Notes: generated by a model from the letters alone, not told the origin. A stretch of DNA of 64,000 nt from Chloroflexota bacterium (GCA_016875875.1 VGOP01000006.1:72773-136772); one strand, 5' to 3'; shown: positions 36,783 through 49,405, counted from the first letter of the stretch. A program made the numbers and translations.

Positions 36783-37235
36783 TCATGAAAGCTTGTCCTT
36801 GCTATTCAATGATATAGTAACCGGACCATCGTTATATATTTCCACCAGCATGTGTTGCTGAAATCTCCCCGTCTCCACTTTCAGCCCGGTATCGCGTACT
36901 CGGCCAATAAGAAAGTTAATCAAAGCTTCGGCCTGCTCCGGCGGTGCTGCTTCTTCAAAACTAGGTCGACGTCCCTTCCGCGTATCAGCCAAGAGGGTAA
37001 ACTGGCTGATAATCAAAACTTCGCCTTTAGTTTCCAGCACCGAAAGATTGAACTTGCTTGCTTCGTCAGCAAAAACACGAAGGCTGGTCATCTTTTCAGC
37101 TAGATAAGCAGCGTCTCTCTCCGTGTCTCCCCGAGCTACACCAACGAGGACAACTAAACCCCGACCTATTTCTCCAACGACCTCACCATTCACACTTACA
37201 GATGCCTTGGTGACCCGCTGCACTAACGCCTTCAA
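36783..37235 (-). CDS. dtd: D-aminoacyl-tRNA deacylase
   Basis: MKALVQRV..ASV...VLVGV...SQFTL...KGRRPSF... and NDGPVT are Dtd hallmarks. Confidence 0.95.
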   Translation of the reverse strand: MKALVQRVTKASVSVNGEVVGEIGRGLVVLVGVARGDTERDAAYLAEKMTSLRVFADEASKFNLSVLETKGEVLIISQFTLLADTRKGRRPSFEEAAPPEQAEALINFLIGRVRDTGLKVETGRFQQHMLVEIYNDGPVTISLNSKDKLS

Positions 37236-37309
37236 AACGTCTCCAATCTCTTAACGAACTAGTAAAAGCCTACCTCGATATTTTACGAAAGCAGTCCGCC
37301 TAAGACAAA

Positions 37310-37338
37310 TTGACACCTAAAATTTGATAGAGTACAAT
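37310..37338 (+). promoter_or_regulatory. sigma70-type promoter candidate
   Basis: TTGACA (37310-15), a 17-nt spacer, then TACAAT (37333-38), 30 nt upstream of the ATG at 37369. Confidence 0.55.
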
Positions 37339-37368
37339 GGTTTTTGCATAAGACACTGAGGACCAAGC

Positions 37369-38160
37369 ATGATAGAGATAGAGATGACGATTCACAGCAT
37401 TCGGGTGAGCCCGATGAATTATGATCACGCAGTAATCCTGCTAAAAGAGAAGGCGTCAGACCGCTACCTGCCTATCTGGATCGGCCTAGCAGAGGCAAAC
37501 GCTATATCAATAAAATTGCAGAATGTTGATTTAGCACGACCAATGACCCACGATCTTCTTAAAAATGCAATCTTCGCGCTGGAATCCACATCAGGAACCG
37601 TAGTAAGTAAAATTGTTGTAAATGACCTCCGTGCTGACACTTTCTATGCCCAGATTATTTTTGAAACTACCAATGGACCGAACCCGATCAGCGTAAAGCA
37701 CCTCCCTGAAGGTAGTTCGCGTCGAGGACATGATAACGAACCATGGATATCTCTCACCTGGCAGGGAAAAGAGCACAAACTTAAAATAGCCAATGAGTTG
37801 CACGAATCAGGTGACAGATTCATCGAGGCGGTGAATGATGACGGCCTGATGTTTGTACTTCGCTTTGACAAAACAATTGAACGGTGGCTTCTTACCAAAA
37901 TAAAGCTTGATTCCCGTCCCAGCGATGCAATCGCTTTAGCAGTAAGAGTAGCAGTACCTATATATGTTGAGGAAGCAGTCTTGGACAAGGCTGGCATCAT
38001 GCTCGACCTAGAAACAGGCAAACCCATACCCATAGATAGAAGTGCTGATAAGCCAGGCGGTAAGGGTAAGGTTGACGAGCAAGAACTGAAGAAACTGTCA
38101 GCTTTCTACGATTTCATTAATACCCTTAACTTGGATGACATAGGGAAGCATAAATCATAA
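37369..38160 (+). CDS. bifunctional nuclease (BFN/DUF151) domain protein with an internal ~70-aa insertion
   Basis: The DUF151 pattern is split. It reads ...VILLKEKASDRYLPIWIGLAEANAI...RPMTHDLL...FYAQIIF, then ~70 unrelated residues, then LDSRPSDAIALAVRVAVPIYVEEAVLDKAG. Confidence 0.7.
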   Translation: MIEIEMTIHSIRVSPMNYDHAVILLKEKASDRYLPIWIGLAEANAISIKLQNVDLARPMTHDLLKNAIFALESTSGTVVSKIVVNDLRADTFYAQIIFETTNGPNPISVKHLPEGSSRRGHDNEPWISLTWQGKEHKLKIANELHESGDRFIEAVNDDGLMFVLRFDKTIERWLLTKIKLDSRPSDAIALAVRVAVPIYVEEAVLDKAGIMLDLETGKPIPIDRSADKPGGKGKVDEQELKKLSAFYDFINTLNLDDIGKHKS

Positions 38161-38535
38161 ACAGACACACATATGCGCCATATTTACAAAGTCTGTTCAA
38201 CGACTCGATAGGGATTTAGCTGAACTTCCCAGTCAAAGTACAGGGCAACAACATAGCTTTGTGTCTACCAAACACGGCGGTTGTTTATAAGAGCTACAAG
38301 GGGCTGGTACCTAGCTGATAAAACCAAACTAATGTAGTCCATCAACAATTTGTGGCATTGTCTTTTAGTACATATGAAAATTAGTCCTAAGGTCGATGAC
38401 AGCTATTTCTCAACCTGCTAGATTAAGTGTATGGACAAAATTGTGCCAAGGCAAGAAGCAGTTTCACATAGCTTCTGAAGTCTTATAACTAAAAAGCCAC
38501 AACATAACTAGAAAGCAGATTACAGAAATAGCAAC

Positions 38536-38844
38536 ATGACTTCAGTTCAAGAAAAGGCCTATTATATAGTGGCGCAGCCTAAGCCCGATAAACCGACATC
38601 AAAGGAATGGGTCCGCCCCCTGTGGTTCCTTTTCACCGTTGGCTGGTACGTGGCCCTGAGCGTTGTTCTCCCAACCTTATTAGGCCTCTGGCTCGACAGT
38701 CCCGAAAGGTTTGACAGCCACCCTCTATTCACACTCATCGGTTTCTTCCTAGGCACAGTAATTGCCTTTTACGGTCTGTACCAGATGCTACGCCAATTCT
38801 ATAGGGAGCAAAAGGAGCAGGACAAGAGCAAAGAGTCGCAATAG
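38536..38844 (+). CDS. AtpZ/AtpI-like small membrane protein of the ATP synthase operon
   Basis: 102 aa with two hydrophobic helices (WFLFTVGWYVALSVVLPTLLGLWLD, LFTLIGFFLGTVIAFYGLY). It is the first gene of the atp operon. Confidence 0.65.
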   Translation: MTSVQEKAYYIVAQPKPDKPTSKEWVRPLWFLFTVGWYVALSVVLPTLLGLWLDSPERFDSHPLFTLIGFFLGTVIAFYGLYQMLRQFYREQKEQDKSKESQ

Positions 38845-38848
38845 TGAG

Positions 38849-39811
38849 ATGAAATTAGGCTGTGGTTGCTCTACAAAAATCTTTGCCTTGGTGGCTATTG
38901 TTCTGCTGGCGCTTCTATTAACGGGATTTGTGGTTGGACCAATTGGCTCAAGTCTACTAGGCATTAAAGCTCCTAGTTTCCTGGCTGTGACCAAGCCTCA
39001 AGTTGAACTCCCATCAGAAGGCATATTTCATGTCAGCACCTTTACCATCACAAATACTCTTATAGCTTCCTGGCTTACCATGATTGTTTTGGCCGTCTTA
39101 TTTTACGCCGCCACTCGCAAGATGAGATTGATACCGGGTGGGCTCCAGAACCTCGCTGAATTTATCATAGAAACACTCTTAAACTTCGTTAAAGGCGTAG
39201 CCGGAGACAAAAATGCTCGAAAACTCTTCCCGGTGGTAGCCACCATATTCCTTTATGTCCTGACTAATGCTTTTCTAGCTCTTCTACCCTTCTTTGGAAC
39301 CGTAGGTATTACTGAGCACAATGGTACCTTTGTGCCTTTGCTCCGGGCGGCAAACACAGATATCAATTTACCTCTCTCTATCGCCCTCATTTCATTCTTG
39401 ATCGTCGAATACTGGGGCTTGCGCAGTTTAGGGTTTTTCCGCTATCTCAACAGCTTTTTTAATGTTGGACAGTTACGTGACGGTTTCAAGAGCTTATTTA
39501 AAGGAAAATTTAGACCTGCCATCAGCGGTATAATGTTCGGCTTCATCAATATATTTGTAGGTTTGATAGAAGTACTCAGTCACATCATTCGGATAATCAG
39601 CTTCACCTTCCGTCTCTTTGGCAATATGACTGCCGGCGAGATATTGCTGCTGGTAGTGACTTTTCTGGTACCATTTGTAGTATCAATAATCTTCTACGGA
39701 TTAGAATTACTTGTCGGCGTTGTTCAAGCATTGATTTTCGCCGGCTTAACGCTTGTATTTGGCGTTATCGCCATGGCTCCACATGAAGAGGAGCCGGAGC
39801 ATGCAAATTAA
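38849..39811 (+). CDS. atpB: F0F1 ATP synthase subunit a
   Basis: Conserved FRLFGNMTAGE (essential Arg) and polytopic. The start is taken at the ATG at 38849, just after the upstream stop, not at 38762. Confidence 0.9.
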   Translation: MKLGCGCSTKIFALVAIVLLALLLTGFVVGPIGSSLLGIKAPSFLAVTKPQVELPSEGIFHVSTFTITNTLIASWLTMIVLAVLFYAATRKMRLIPGGLQNLAEFIIETLLNFVKGVAGDKNARKLFPVVATIFLYVLTNAFLALLPFFGTVGITEHNGTFVPLLRAANTDINLPLSIALISFLIVEYWGLRSLGFFRYLNSFFNVGQLRDGFKSLFKGKFRPAISGIMFGFINIFVGLIEVLSHIIRIISFTFRLFGNMTAGEILLLVVTFLVPFVVSIIFYGLELLVGVVQALIFAGLTLVFGVIAMAPHEEEPEHAN

Positions 39812-39814
39812 TAA

Positions 39815-40057
<243 letters not shown>

Positions 40058-40072
40058 AAAGGAGAGTTAAAA

Positions 40073-40189
40073 ATGGAAGAGGGTGGATTGCCAGGTTTCA
40101 TAGGTGGCCTTATCAGCGCAGCTATAACCATCGGGGTTGTAGTAGCTTTTAGCATGATTATCCTGGTCTTTATTCTGGCTCAAGCCTGA
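40073..40189 (+). CDS. unannotated 38-aa hydrophobic ORF between atpE and atpF
   Basis: AAAGGAGAG lies 6-7 nt before the ATG at 40073. Translation is MEEGGLPGFIGGLISAAITIGVVVAFSMIILVFILAQA*, with a TGA at 40187-89. It is too short for the supplied ORF track. Confidence 0.45.
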   Translation: MEEGGLPGFIGGLISAAITIGVVVAFSMIILVFILAQA

Positions 40190-40267
40190 GTTATCAAGCT
40201 TGATTTTGCGCTTGGTGTCTAACTGATAGTAAAGGATAATCAATAAACTAACAGGTCAGGTGACGAT

Positions 40268-40771
40268 ATGGAAGGTATAGGGATTAACATACCGCTTTTA
40301 ATAGCATTTGTCGTAAACTTCATTATTTTGTTTACCATATTGAGTATTGTTGCATACAAGCCGGTACTCAAGATGCTCGAGGCAAGACAAGCTAAAATAA
40401 GAGAAAGTATGGAACAAGCCGAAAAAATCAGGCAAGAAACGGCACGCAGCGAAGAGGAAATCAAAGCTCAACTGGAAAAAGCACGCAAAGAGGGACAGGG
40501 TGTCATAGCCCAGGCGACGCAAATTGGAGAAAGGTTAAAGGAAGAGGCCAAACAGGGTGCTCGCGAGGAAGCTGAGTCGCTGATTGCCAAAGCGCGCAGC
40601 GAAATACAACGGGAACGTGATAAAAGTATCGAGGAACTACGTGCCGAATTTGCTGATATCGCCATCCTCGCTGCAGAAAAGGTCATTAAAGAAACATTAG
40701 ATAAAAAGAAACACCGCAAAATCATTGATCAAGTGCTCAAGGAAAGCACAACTTTTGAACAAAAAAAATAG
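40268..40771 (+). CDS. atpF: F0F1 ATP synthase subunit b
   Basis: An N-terminal TM helix followed by a long charged coiled coil. It lies between subunit c and subunit delta. Confidence 0.9.
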   Translation: MEGIGINIPLLIAFVVNFIILFTILSIVAYKPVLKMLEARQAKIRESMEQAEKIRQETARSEEEIKAQLEKARKEGQGVIAQATQIGERLKEEAKQGAREEAESLIAKARSEIQRERDKSIEELRAEFADIAILAAEKVIKETLDKKKHRKIIDQVLKESTTFEQKK

Positions 40772-40785
40772 AAGGCTTCGGTTAA

Positions 40786-41325
40786 ATGCCAGTAACAACA
40801 TCTGTTAAACGATACGCTCAAGCAGTCTTCGAGATTGCTCTGGAAGGCAATAAGCTGAAAGAGTGGCAATCTAACCTGACAAAGATTGCCAAACTTGTAC
40901 AAGATGATGAATTTGTATCATTGGCGGAAAATCCTAAAATTCAGTTCGACCTGAAGACAAAGCTGGTACAAGAGAGATTAGGGAAAATAAATCCTATGGC
41001 CCTGAATCTAGTCTATCTCCTAATCTCCAAAGGAAAAATCAAAACAGCTAGTCAAATCTCAGAAGAATATAACCGCTTATTGAATGAGCACTATGGAATA
41101 ATAAATGCGGAGGTTACCACAGCCATTCCGCTAGATAACATGGAAAGAGAAAGGCTTGGTCAAAACCTTGAAGCGCTGGTCGGAAAGAAAGTCAGCATGA
41201 ACGTTCAAGTCAACCCAGATATTCTGGGTGGTTTCATTGCCAGAATAGACGATAGTCTTATTGACGGTAGCATCCGCCACAACCTAGAAATGTTAAAGAA
41301 GAGGTTGGCTGAAACCAGAAAATAA
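40786..41325 (+). CDS. atpH: F0F1 ATP synthase subunit delta
   Basis: YAQAVFEIA start, C-terminal ILGGFIARIDDSLIDGSIR motif. Confidence 0.9.
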   Translation: MPVTTSVKRYAQAVFEIALEGNKLKEWQSNLTKIAKLVQDDEFVSLAENPKIQFDLKTKLVQERLGKINPMALNLVYLLISKGKIKTASQISEEYNRLLNEHYGIINAEVTTAIPLDNMERERLGQNLEALVGKKVSMNVQVNPDILGGFIARIDDSLIDGSIRHNLEMLKKRLAETRK

Positions 41326-41346
41326 CTGCCCATAAGGGGGTGAAAA

Positions 41347-42858
41347 ATGACAACGGGTGGTCGAGACATAGTCTCTGTAATTAAAGAGCAAATCAAGCAA
41401 TTTGGGTCTACCGTGGCCGTGGTAGACGTGGGAACAATAATCAGCGTCGGTGATGGCGTTGCTCGAATTCATGGGCTACGTGGTGCTAAATATAACGAAC
41501 TTTTGGAATTCCCAAATGGGATTATGGGATTAGCACTTAATTTGGAAGAGGATAACGTCGCTACGGTTATTCTTGGCGATTTCAGTCATATTAAAGAAGG
41601 AGACGAGGTCCGCTCCACCGGAAGAGTAGTCGAGGTGCCTGTAGGTAACGAGCTTATCGGCCGCGTGGTCGACCCGCTTGGCAACCCCTTAGATGAGCAG
41701 GGATCGATTAAAACAACCAAGACACGGCCAGTGGAAAGGGTTGCGCCTAACGTCGTGATGAGGCAACGAGTAAACACGCCAGTATATACAGGTATAAAGG
41801 CGATAGATGCTTTGATTCCAATCGGGCGGGGGCAACGCGAGTTAATAATAGGCGACCGGTCCATAGGCAAATCAGCCATTGCTATCGATACCATCATCAA
41901 CCAGAAAGGCGGCGACCTCATCTGCATTTACGTCGCTATCGGGCAAAAAACATCAAAAGTAGCACAAGTAATAGGCACGTTTCAGAAATATGGAGTCATG
42001 GAGCATACAATAGTCGTCGTTGCCAGTGCTTCTGACCCGGCGCCTTTGCAATACTTAGCCCCTTATTCCGGCTGTGCTATCGGCGAAGAATTCATGGAAC
42101 AAGGAAAAGATGCGCTGGTTATCTATGACGACTTAACCAAGCATGCCTGGGCGTACCGGCAGCTATCCCTTATACTCAGGCGTCCGCCTGGCCGTGAGGC
42201 CTATCCCGGTGATGTTTTCTACCTTCACAGTCGACTTCTTGAAAGAGCTGCTAAGTTGGATGAAGAACATGGAGGCGGCTCACTCACCGCCCTCCCTATC
42301 ATAGAAATCCAGGCCGGTGATTTAGCTGCTTATATTCCAACCAATGTTATCTCCATTACCGACGGGCAGATTTATCTTGAAACAGATATGTTTAATAGCG
42401 GTATCCGTCCGGCGTTAAACATTGGTCTATCGGTATCAAGAGTAGGCGGTAATGCTCAGACCAGAGCTATGAGACAGGTAGCTGGTAGATTAAGGATAGA
42501 TATGGCCCAATATCGCGAGCTGGCCGCCTTCGCCCAATTCGGTACTGCTGATTTGGATAAAGCCACCCGGTCCCAACTAGAGCGCGGGCAACGTATCACC
42601 GAAGTATTGAAACAGCCCCAATACGTCCCGATGTCCTTAGATAAAGAGGTAACCATTCTGTATGCGGTCACGAACGGCTATCTGGACGATGTGCCCCTGG
42701 AAAAAATGGCTGCTGCGGAGCAGGGCTTCCATCGGTTTTTGGAAACGAATCACCCTGAGATAAATCAGCGTATCTTGACCGATAAGGAAATTAAACCAGA
42801 AACTGACGAGGCATTAAAATCAGCAATATCGGAGTTCAAGAAAAGCGCAGCTTACTAA
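41347..42858 (+). CDS. atpA: F0F1 ATP synthase subunit alpha
   Basis: Walker [12 protein letters not shown] and the conserved [23 protein letters not shown]. Confidence 0.98.
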   Translation: MTTGGRDIVSVIKEQIKQFGSTVAVVDVGTIISVGDGVARIHGLRGAKYNELLEFPNGIMGLALNLEEDNVATVILGDFSHIKEGDEVRSTGRVVEVPVGNELIGRVVDPLGNPLDEQGSIKTTKTRPVERVAPNVVMRQRVNTPVYTGIKAIDALIPIGRGQRELIIGDRSIGKSAIAIDTIINQKGGDLICIYVAIGQKTSKVAQVIGTFQKYGVMEHTIVVVASASDPAPLQYLAPYSGCAIGEEFMEQGKDALVIYDDLTKHAWAYRQLSLILRRPPGREAYPGDVFYLHSRLLERAAKLDEEHGGGSLTALPIIEIQAGDLAAYIPTNVISITDGQIYLETDMFNSGIRPALNIGLSVSRVGGNAQTRAMRQVAGRLRIDMAQYRELAAFAQFGTADLDKATRSQLERGQRITEVLKQPQYVPMSLDKEVTILYAVTNGYLDDVPLEKMAAAEQGFHRFLETNHPEINQRILTDKEIKPETDEALKSAISEFKKSAAY

Positions 42859-42867
42859 AGGAAAACA

Positions 42868-45130
<2,263 letters not shown>

Positions 45131-45131
<1 letters not shown>

Positions 45132-45556
45132 TGGCAACTCTAAGACTCGAAATCATAACGGCTGAGCGCCAGGTTTTTTCTGATTATGTAAATACGGTGG
45201 TCGCCCCAGGCGTTGAGGGAGAGCTAGGTATACTACCACACCATGCTCCTTTAATAACCATGCTCAAACCGGGAGAAGTACTAATTAGAAAAGATGGCGA
45301 GGAAACATACATGTCTGTTTCCGGTGGTTTCCTCGAAGTACGTCCCGATAAAATCTTAATCCTGGCCGATGCCTGTGAACGCGCCGAAGAAATCGATATT
45401 GAACGCGCCGAAGCGGCTAAACGTCGAGCTGAAGAAAGGCTCAAAACCCTTACACCGGAAGTAGACGTGGCACAAGTCCAAGCTGCTCTTCTTCGCTCTC
45501 TTGTACGTCTTAAGGTAGCTGAAAGGAGACGCCGAAAGTCGGCAGCAGGGCGATAA
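45131..45556 (+). CDS. atpC: F0F1 ATP synthase subunit epsilon
   Basis: LEIITAERQVFS...GELGILPHHAPLIT pattern. It overlaps the atpD stop. Confidence 0.95.
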
Positions 45557-45650
45557 TTATCCTTCAGCAAATCAGCAGGCGATTGTATATCGGAATTACA
45601 GGAGCTTTCAATTACCAAACCACTGACCTACGGTGTACCTGACAGGTCAA

Positions 45651-45881
45651 CTATATTATCTCAAGCCTGACACGAATACCCTCTTTAGTCGCCACCACAC
45701 GAAGCAGGGTTCGCATCGCCTCAGCAACACGGCCCTGCCTACCAATCACTCTCCCTTTATCATCTGGAGCAACTTCCAACTTCACCACCACCATATTCTT
45801 ATCATCAGTTTCCTCAGTAACTCTTACATCATCAGGTGCGTTAACAATAGACTTGGCGATGTACTCTATTATCTCCTTCAT
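45651..45881 (-). CDS. khpA: KH-domain RNA-binding protein (KhpA/YlqC family)
   Basis: 76 aa with the GKVIGRQGR-type motif (GRVIGRQGRVAEAMRTLL). It lies immediately downstream of rpsP. Confidence 0.85.
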   Translation of the reverse strand: MKEIIEYIAKSIVNAPDDVRVTEETDDKNMVVVKLEVAPDDKGRVIGRQGRVAEAMRTLLRVVATKEGIRVRLEII

Positions 45882-46219
45882 TATGATGACTCCTCAGTAG
45901 TTGATTTGGTTTTGGCTGTGGTTTTCGTCTTTCTTGGTTTTGTTGCCCGTGTCTTCTTTGCAGCAGTTGGCTTAAACTTATCCATTACCCCCGCTTTAGA
46001 CAGCAACCTTAATACAGTGTCTGTTGGCTTGGCACCATGCTTAAGCCACTTCAGCGCTTTTTCTTCATCAACAACAAATGTCTCCGGCTCAGTCAACGGA
46101 TTATAATGTCCGATGATCTCGATAAAATCGCCATCTCTCGGTGACCTGTGATCAGCCACTACAACTCGGTATATAGGTTTATTTCTGGTGCCAACCCGCC
46201 GTAATCTTATCTTTACCAT
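45881..46219 (-). CDS. rpsP: 30S ribosomal protein S16 with a Lys/Thr-rich C-terminal tail
   Basis: [37 protein letters not shown], followed by a ~35-aa basic tail ([27 protein letters not shown]). Confidence 0.95.
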   Translation of the reverse strand: MVKIRLRRVGTRNKPIYRVVVADHRSPRDGDFIEIIGHYNPLTEPETFVVDEEKALKWLKHGAKPTDTVLRLLSKAGVMDKFKPTAAKKTRATKPRKTKTTAKTKSTTEESS

Positions 46220-46267
46220 GAGCTACCCGTTTAGGTTAAGCCTCCTCGATAATTTTTACAGGCTATT

Positions 46268-47086
46268 ATGCACCAAGTTACCATACCTGTCAACATGTCA
46301 GCACTTCCGATGTTGCCACCAGTGAACTCAGCCATTATAATCAAGGATGTGAAAATACAGCAGCTGCACGGTTGGCAAATAAGTATCGCCCAAGCTAAAC
46401 AGATACAAACGGAGCTGGCTAGCCAAGTATCACGCAAAAGCGAGGCCATTAAACCTCGCTTTATCGCCGGTGTTGATATATCGGCACCAGACGCCAGAGG
46501 GATTGCTCGGGCTGCTGCGGTCATCCTCAACTACCCCGAACTTAAGGTGATTGAGGTCAAAACCGCAGAGGATAAACTCAATTTTCCTTATATACCCGGC
46601 CTCTTATCTTTCAGAGAGGCCCCGTTAGTATTGGCTGCTTGTCAAAAACTATCTACCGACCCCGACCTTATTCTAGCGGATGGCCAAGGAATTGCTCATC
46701 CCAGACGCTTTGGAATCGCCTCACACCTAGGTTTGCTCCTCGACATACCCACTATAGGCTGTGCCAAATCACGCCTGTGTGGCACCCATGCATCCACAAC
46801 CGCTGAAGCCGGTGCTTACACTGAACTTACTGACAACGGCGAGATTATCGGAGTCGCTTTGCGAACTAAAGCTAATGTGAGCCCACTCTACGTTTCTATC
46901 GGTCATAAGATTGACCTCCCAACAGCCATCCATTGGGTAATGGAGTGCTGCCGCAACCAACGACTTCCTGAGCCTTCTCGATTGGCCCATATTGCTGCTA
47001 GCGGTAAACCAGTACCCATCCTTGATAATCAACAACAGAGATTATTTACCCAGCCTTCTGACTCAACCAATCCACATGCAGAATAG
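46268..47086 (+). CDS. nfi: endonuclease V
   Basis: Collinear with E. coli Nfi: AGVDIS..., YIPGLLSFREAP, DGQGIAHPRRFGIASHLGL, PTIGCAKSRL, RLPEPSRLAH. The start is uncertain (46268 or 46295). Confidence 0.9.
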   Translation: MHQVTIPVNMSALPMLPPVNSAIIIKDVKIQQLHGWQISIAQAKQIQTELASQVSRKSEAIKPRFIAGVDISAPDARGIARAAAVILNYPELKVIEVKTAEDKLNFPYIPGLLSFREAPLVLAACQKLSTDPDLILADGQGIAHPRRFGIASHLGLLLDIPTIGCAKSRLCGTHASTTAEAGAYTELTDNGEIIGVALRTKANVSPLYVSIGHKIDLPTAIHWVMECCRNQRLPEPSRLAHIAASGKPVPILDNQQQRLFTQPSDSTNPHAE

Positions 47087-47098
47087 GAGTTGTGAATA

Positions 47099-48203
47099 AT
47101 GCAGGAAGAAAAGGATAAACTAGAAGCTCTGCAACATCGAATCTCAGACATAATGGTGCGTCTTTGACATTCCAAACAAGGAAATGGAAATCGCCAAGTT
47201 AGAGGCTGAAACCACTAAGCCAGACTTCTGGCTAGATCCAGCTAAGGCACAGTCCACAATGCGTCGGCTAGTAGCTACTAAGGATATGGCCCAGACCTGG
47301 CGTCAGCTAGAGAAGAAAGTCACTGATCTTATTGACATGACAATCTTAGCCATCGAAGAAAATGAACAATCTCTTCGAGAAGAAACCCAGCGAGACATAG
47401 AGGAAATAACCTCTCAACTCGATGAACTGGAAACCAGATTGCTTTTGAGTGACGAATATGACACCAGAGATGCCATATTAGCTGTGCATGCTGGCGCTGG
47501 CGGCACCGAGTCCCAGGACTGGGCAGAAATGCTGTTTAGAATGTACATGCGCTGGGCAGAACAGCGCAAATACAAAACCGAAATACTAGATACCTCCAGT
47601 GGTGAGGAGGCTGGTATCAAGAGTGCCACTGTGGAAATTAAAGGGGATTATGCTTATGGCTATTTAAAATCAGAGCACGGGGTCCACCGTTTAGTTCGCC
47701 TGTCCCCATTCGATGCCGACCATGCCCGTCATACTTCGTTCGTCCTGGTCGAAGTCCTTCCCGAAGCTGAAGAGGAAATAGATATCAAGGTAAATCCTGA
47801 GGATTTGAAAATAGATACCTTCAGGTCAAGCGGACCAGGCGGACAGCACATGCAAAAAACAAGCAGTGCTGTTAGAATAACTCATCTACCTACTGGACTA
47901 GTAGTGGCCTGTCAAAGTCAACGTTCTCAGCGTCAGAACAAAGAGAGCGCCCTAAAGGTGCTTTATGCTCGCCTTCTTGAACTAAAGCGCGCTGAAAAGG
48001 AGAGGGAAAAGGCTAAATTCAAAGGCGAACGCATTGAAGCTGGCTGGGGTAACCAAATTAGAAGCTATGTCCTCCATCCCTACCGAATGGTCAAAGACCA
48101 TCGCACTAATTACGAAACCAGTGATACCACCGCTGTCCTGGACGGAGAGCTTGATGATTTCATCACCGCCTATCTGCGTCACAAACTGGGAGAGGGAAAA
48201 TGA
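47099..48203 (+). CDS. prfB: peptide chain release factor 2, requires programmed +1 frameshift at 47162..47168
   Basis: Frame 1 reads MQEEKDKLEALQHRISDIMVRL then TGA (47165-67). After a +1 slip on CTT TGA C, the frame continues DIPNKEMEIAKLEAE... with the SPF (RLSPFD) and GGQ (SGPGGQHMQ) motifs. The track lists only 47184..48203. Confidence 0.95.
47162..47168 (+). promoter_or_regulatory. RF2 autoregulatory +1 frameshift site CTT TGA C
   Basis: Exact CUU UGA C heptamer. The downstream ORF is in the +1 frame (47166 is in phase with 47184). Confidence 0.9.
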
Positions 48204-49405
48204 CTAAATGGTTCATTCCGCTAATCCTGGCTATTATTCTATTTATTACACCGACGATTACCTATTCCCAAGACGGAATCTCTCTACTAGACAGCACTGC
48301 TGAGATATATTTCCCCTCTGCCTTAGTCTTCAAAATCAAGACCACAAGCCAGAGCAATATCACTAAAATACGTCTTCACTATCAAGTTGATAGAATGAAC
48401 TATGCTCAAGTTACTAGCGAAGCCTGGCCTGATTTCACGCCATCTCCAAAAGTGGGAACAGAATGGATATGGGATATGAGAAAAGCCAATCTGTTAGCCG
48501 GGGCCACAGTCAGATACTGGTGGACGATCGAAGATAAAACCGGGGATAGACTGATAACTCCCTCTAAGGTAATTCGCTTTGACGACCTCCGCTATTCCTG
48601 GCAAAAGTTAACTTCAGGGCAACTTAGCCTCTTCTGGTATAAAGGTAGTCAATCCTTTGCTGACGAACTGATGGCTGCTTGCAACCAGGCATTGGAAAGG
48701 CTGGCTAAAGACACCGGTGTCTATCCTGAAAGGCCTATAAGTATATTCATCTATGCCAGCACCAGAGACCTCCAGGGTGCCATGATTTTCCCACAAGAAT
48801 GGACAGGCGGTGTCGCTTTTACTGAATACGGCCTTATCGCCATTGGTGTTCCTGCAAATGAACTGGATTGGGGGAAAAAGGCTTTAGCTCACGAGCTGGG
48901 CCACATGGTAACTCATCAGATAACTTTCAGTCCCTACGGAGCCGTTCTACCCACCTGGCTAGATGAAGGCTTAGCCATGCACGCCGAAGGCGAACCAGAC
49001 CCCTATCTCCAGGCGTGGCTCAAAAAGGCAACCACTCAACAGAAACTCATTTCGGTACGCAGCCTATCCAGTCCATTTTCAGCCAAAACTGAAGAGGCCT
49101 ATATCTCTTATGCTGAAAGTCAAAGCCTGGTCGAATTCCTCATCCAAAACTATGGCAAAGATAAAATGCTTCACCTTCTAAATTTATTAAAAGAAGGTAA
49201 CTCTTGCGATGAAGCACTGACCGAGGTTTATGGGTTCGACCAGGATGGACTTGATGCACTATGGCGAAACTATATAACTAGCCACAAGCAATCGCAGCCT
49301 GGATTCCAGCATATCTCGCTGTGGGAGACCAGTCCAGAAACCTCCCTCTGGGATGAGACGCTGGGTAAACTGGTGACAGCAAACATACTAATAGAGGTGC
49401 CTTGA
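48200..49405 (+). CDS. secreted zinc metallopeptidase (MA clan, HExxH)
   Basis: N-terminal signal or TM segment (WFIPLILAIILFITPTITYS), and HELGH in ALAHELGHMVTH with a downstream WLDEGLA. Confidence 0.7.
   Translation: MTKWFIPLILAIILFITPTITYSQDGISLLDSTAEIYFPSALVFKIKTTSQSNITKIRLHYQVDRMNYAQVTSEAWPDFTPSPKVGTEWIWDMRKANLLAGATVRYWWTIEDKTGDRLITPSKVIRFDDLRYSWQKLTSGQLSLFWYKGSQSFADELMAACNQALERLAKDTGVYPERPISIFIYASTRDLQGAMIFPQEWTGGVAFTEYGLIAIGVPANELDWGKKALAHELGHMVTHQITFSPYGAVLPTWLDEGLAMHAEGEPDPYLQAWLKKATTQQKLISVRSLSSPFSAKTEEAYISYAESQSLVEFLIQNYGKDKMLHLLNLLKEGNSCDEALTEVYGFDQDGLDALWRNYITSHKQSQPGFQHISLWETSPETSLWDETLGKLVTANILIEVP

Noticed and set aside
38762-38848. Long N-terminal extension of atpB (MPFTVCTRCYANSIGSKRS...)
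   Set aside because: It overlaps the upstream AtpZ/I-like gene in another frame and is basic and non-membrane-like. The ATG at 38849 follows the upstream stop directly.
45184-46106. 144-aa minus-strand ORF opposite atpC and 157-aa plus-strand ORF opposite khpA/rpsP
   Set aside because: Both overlap conserved, motif-bearing genes on the other strand.
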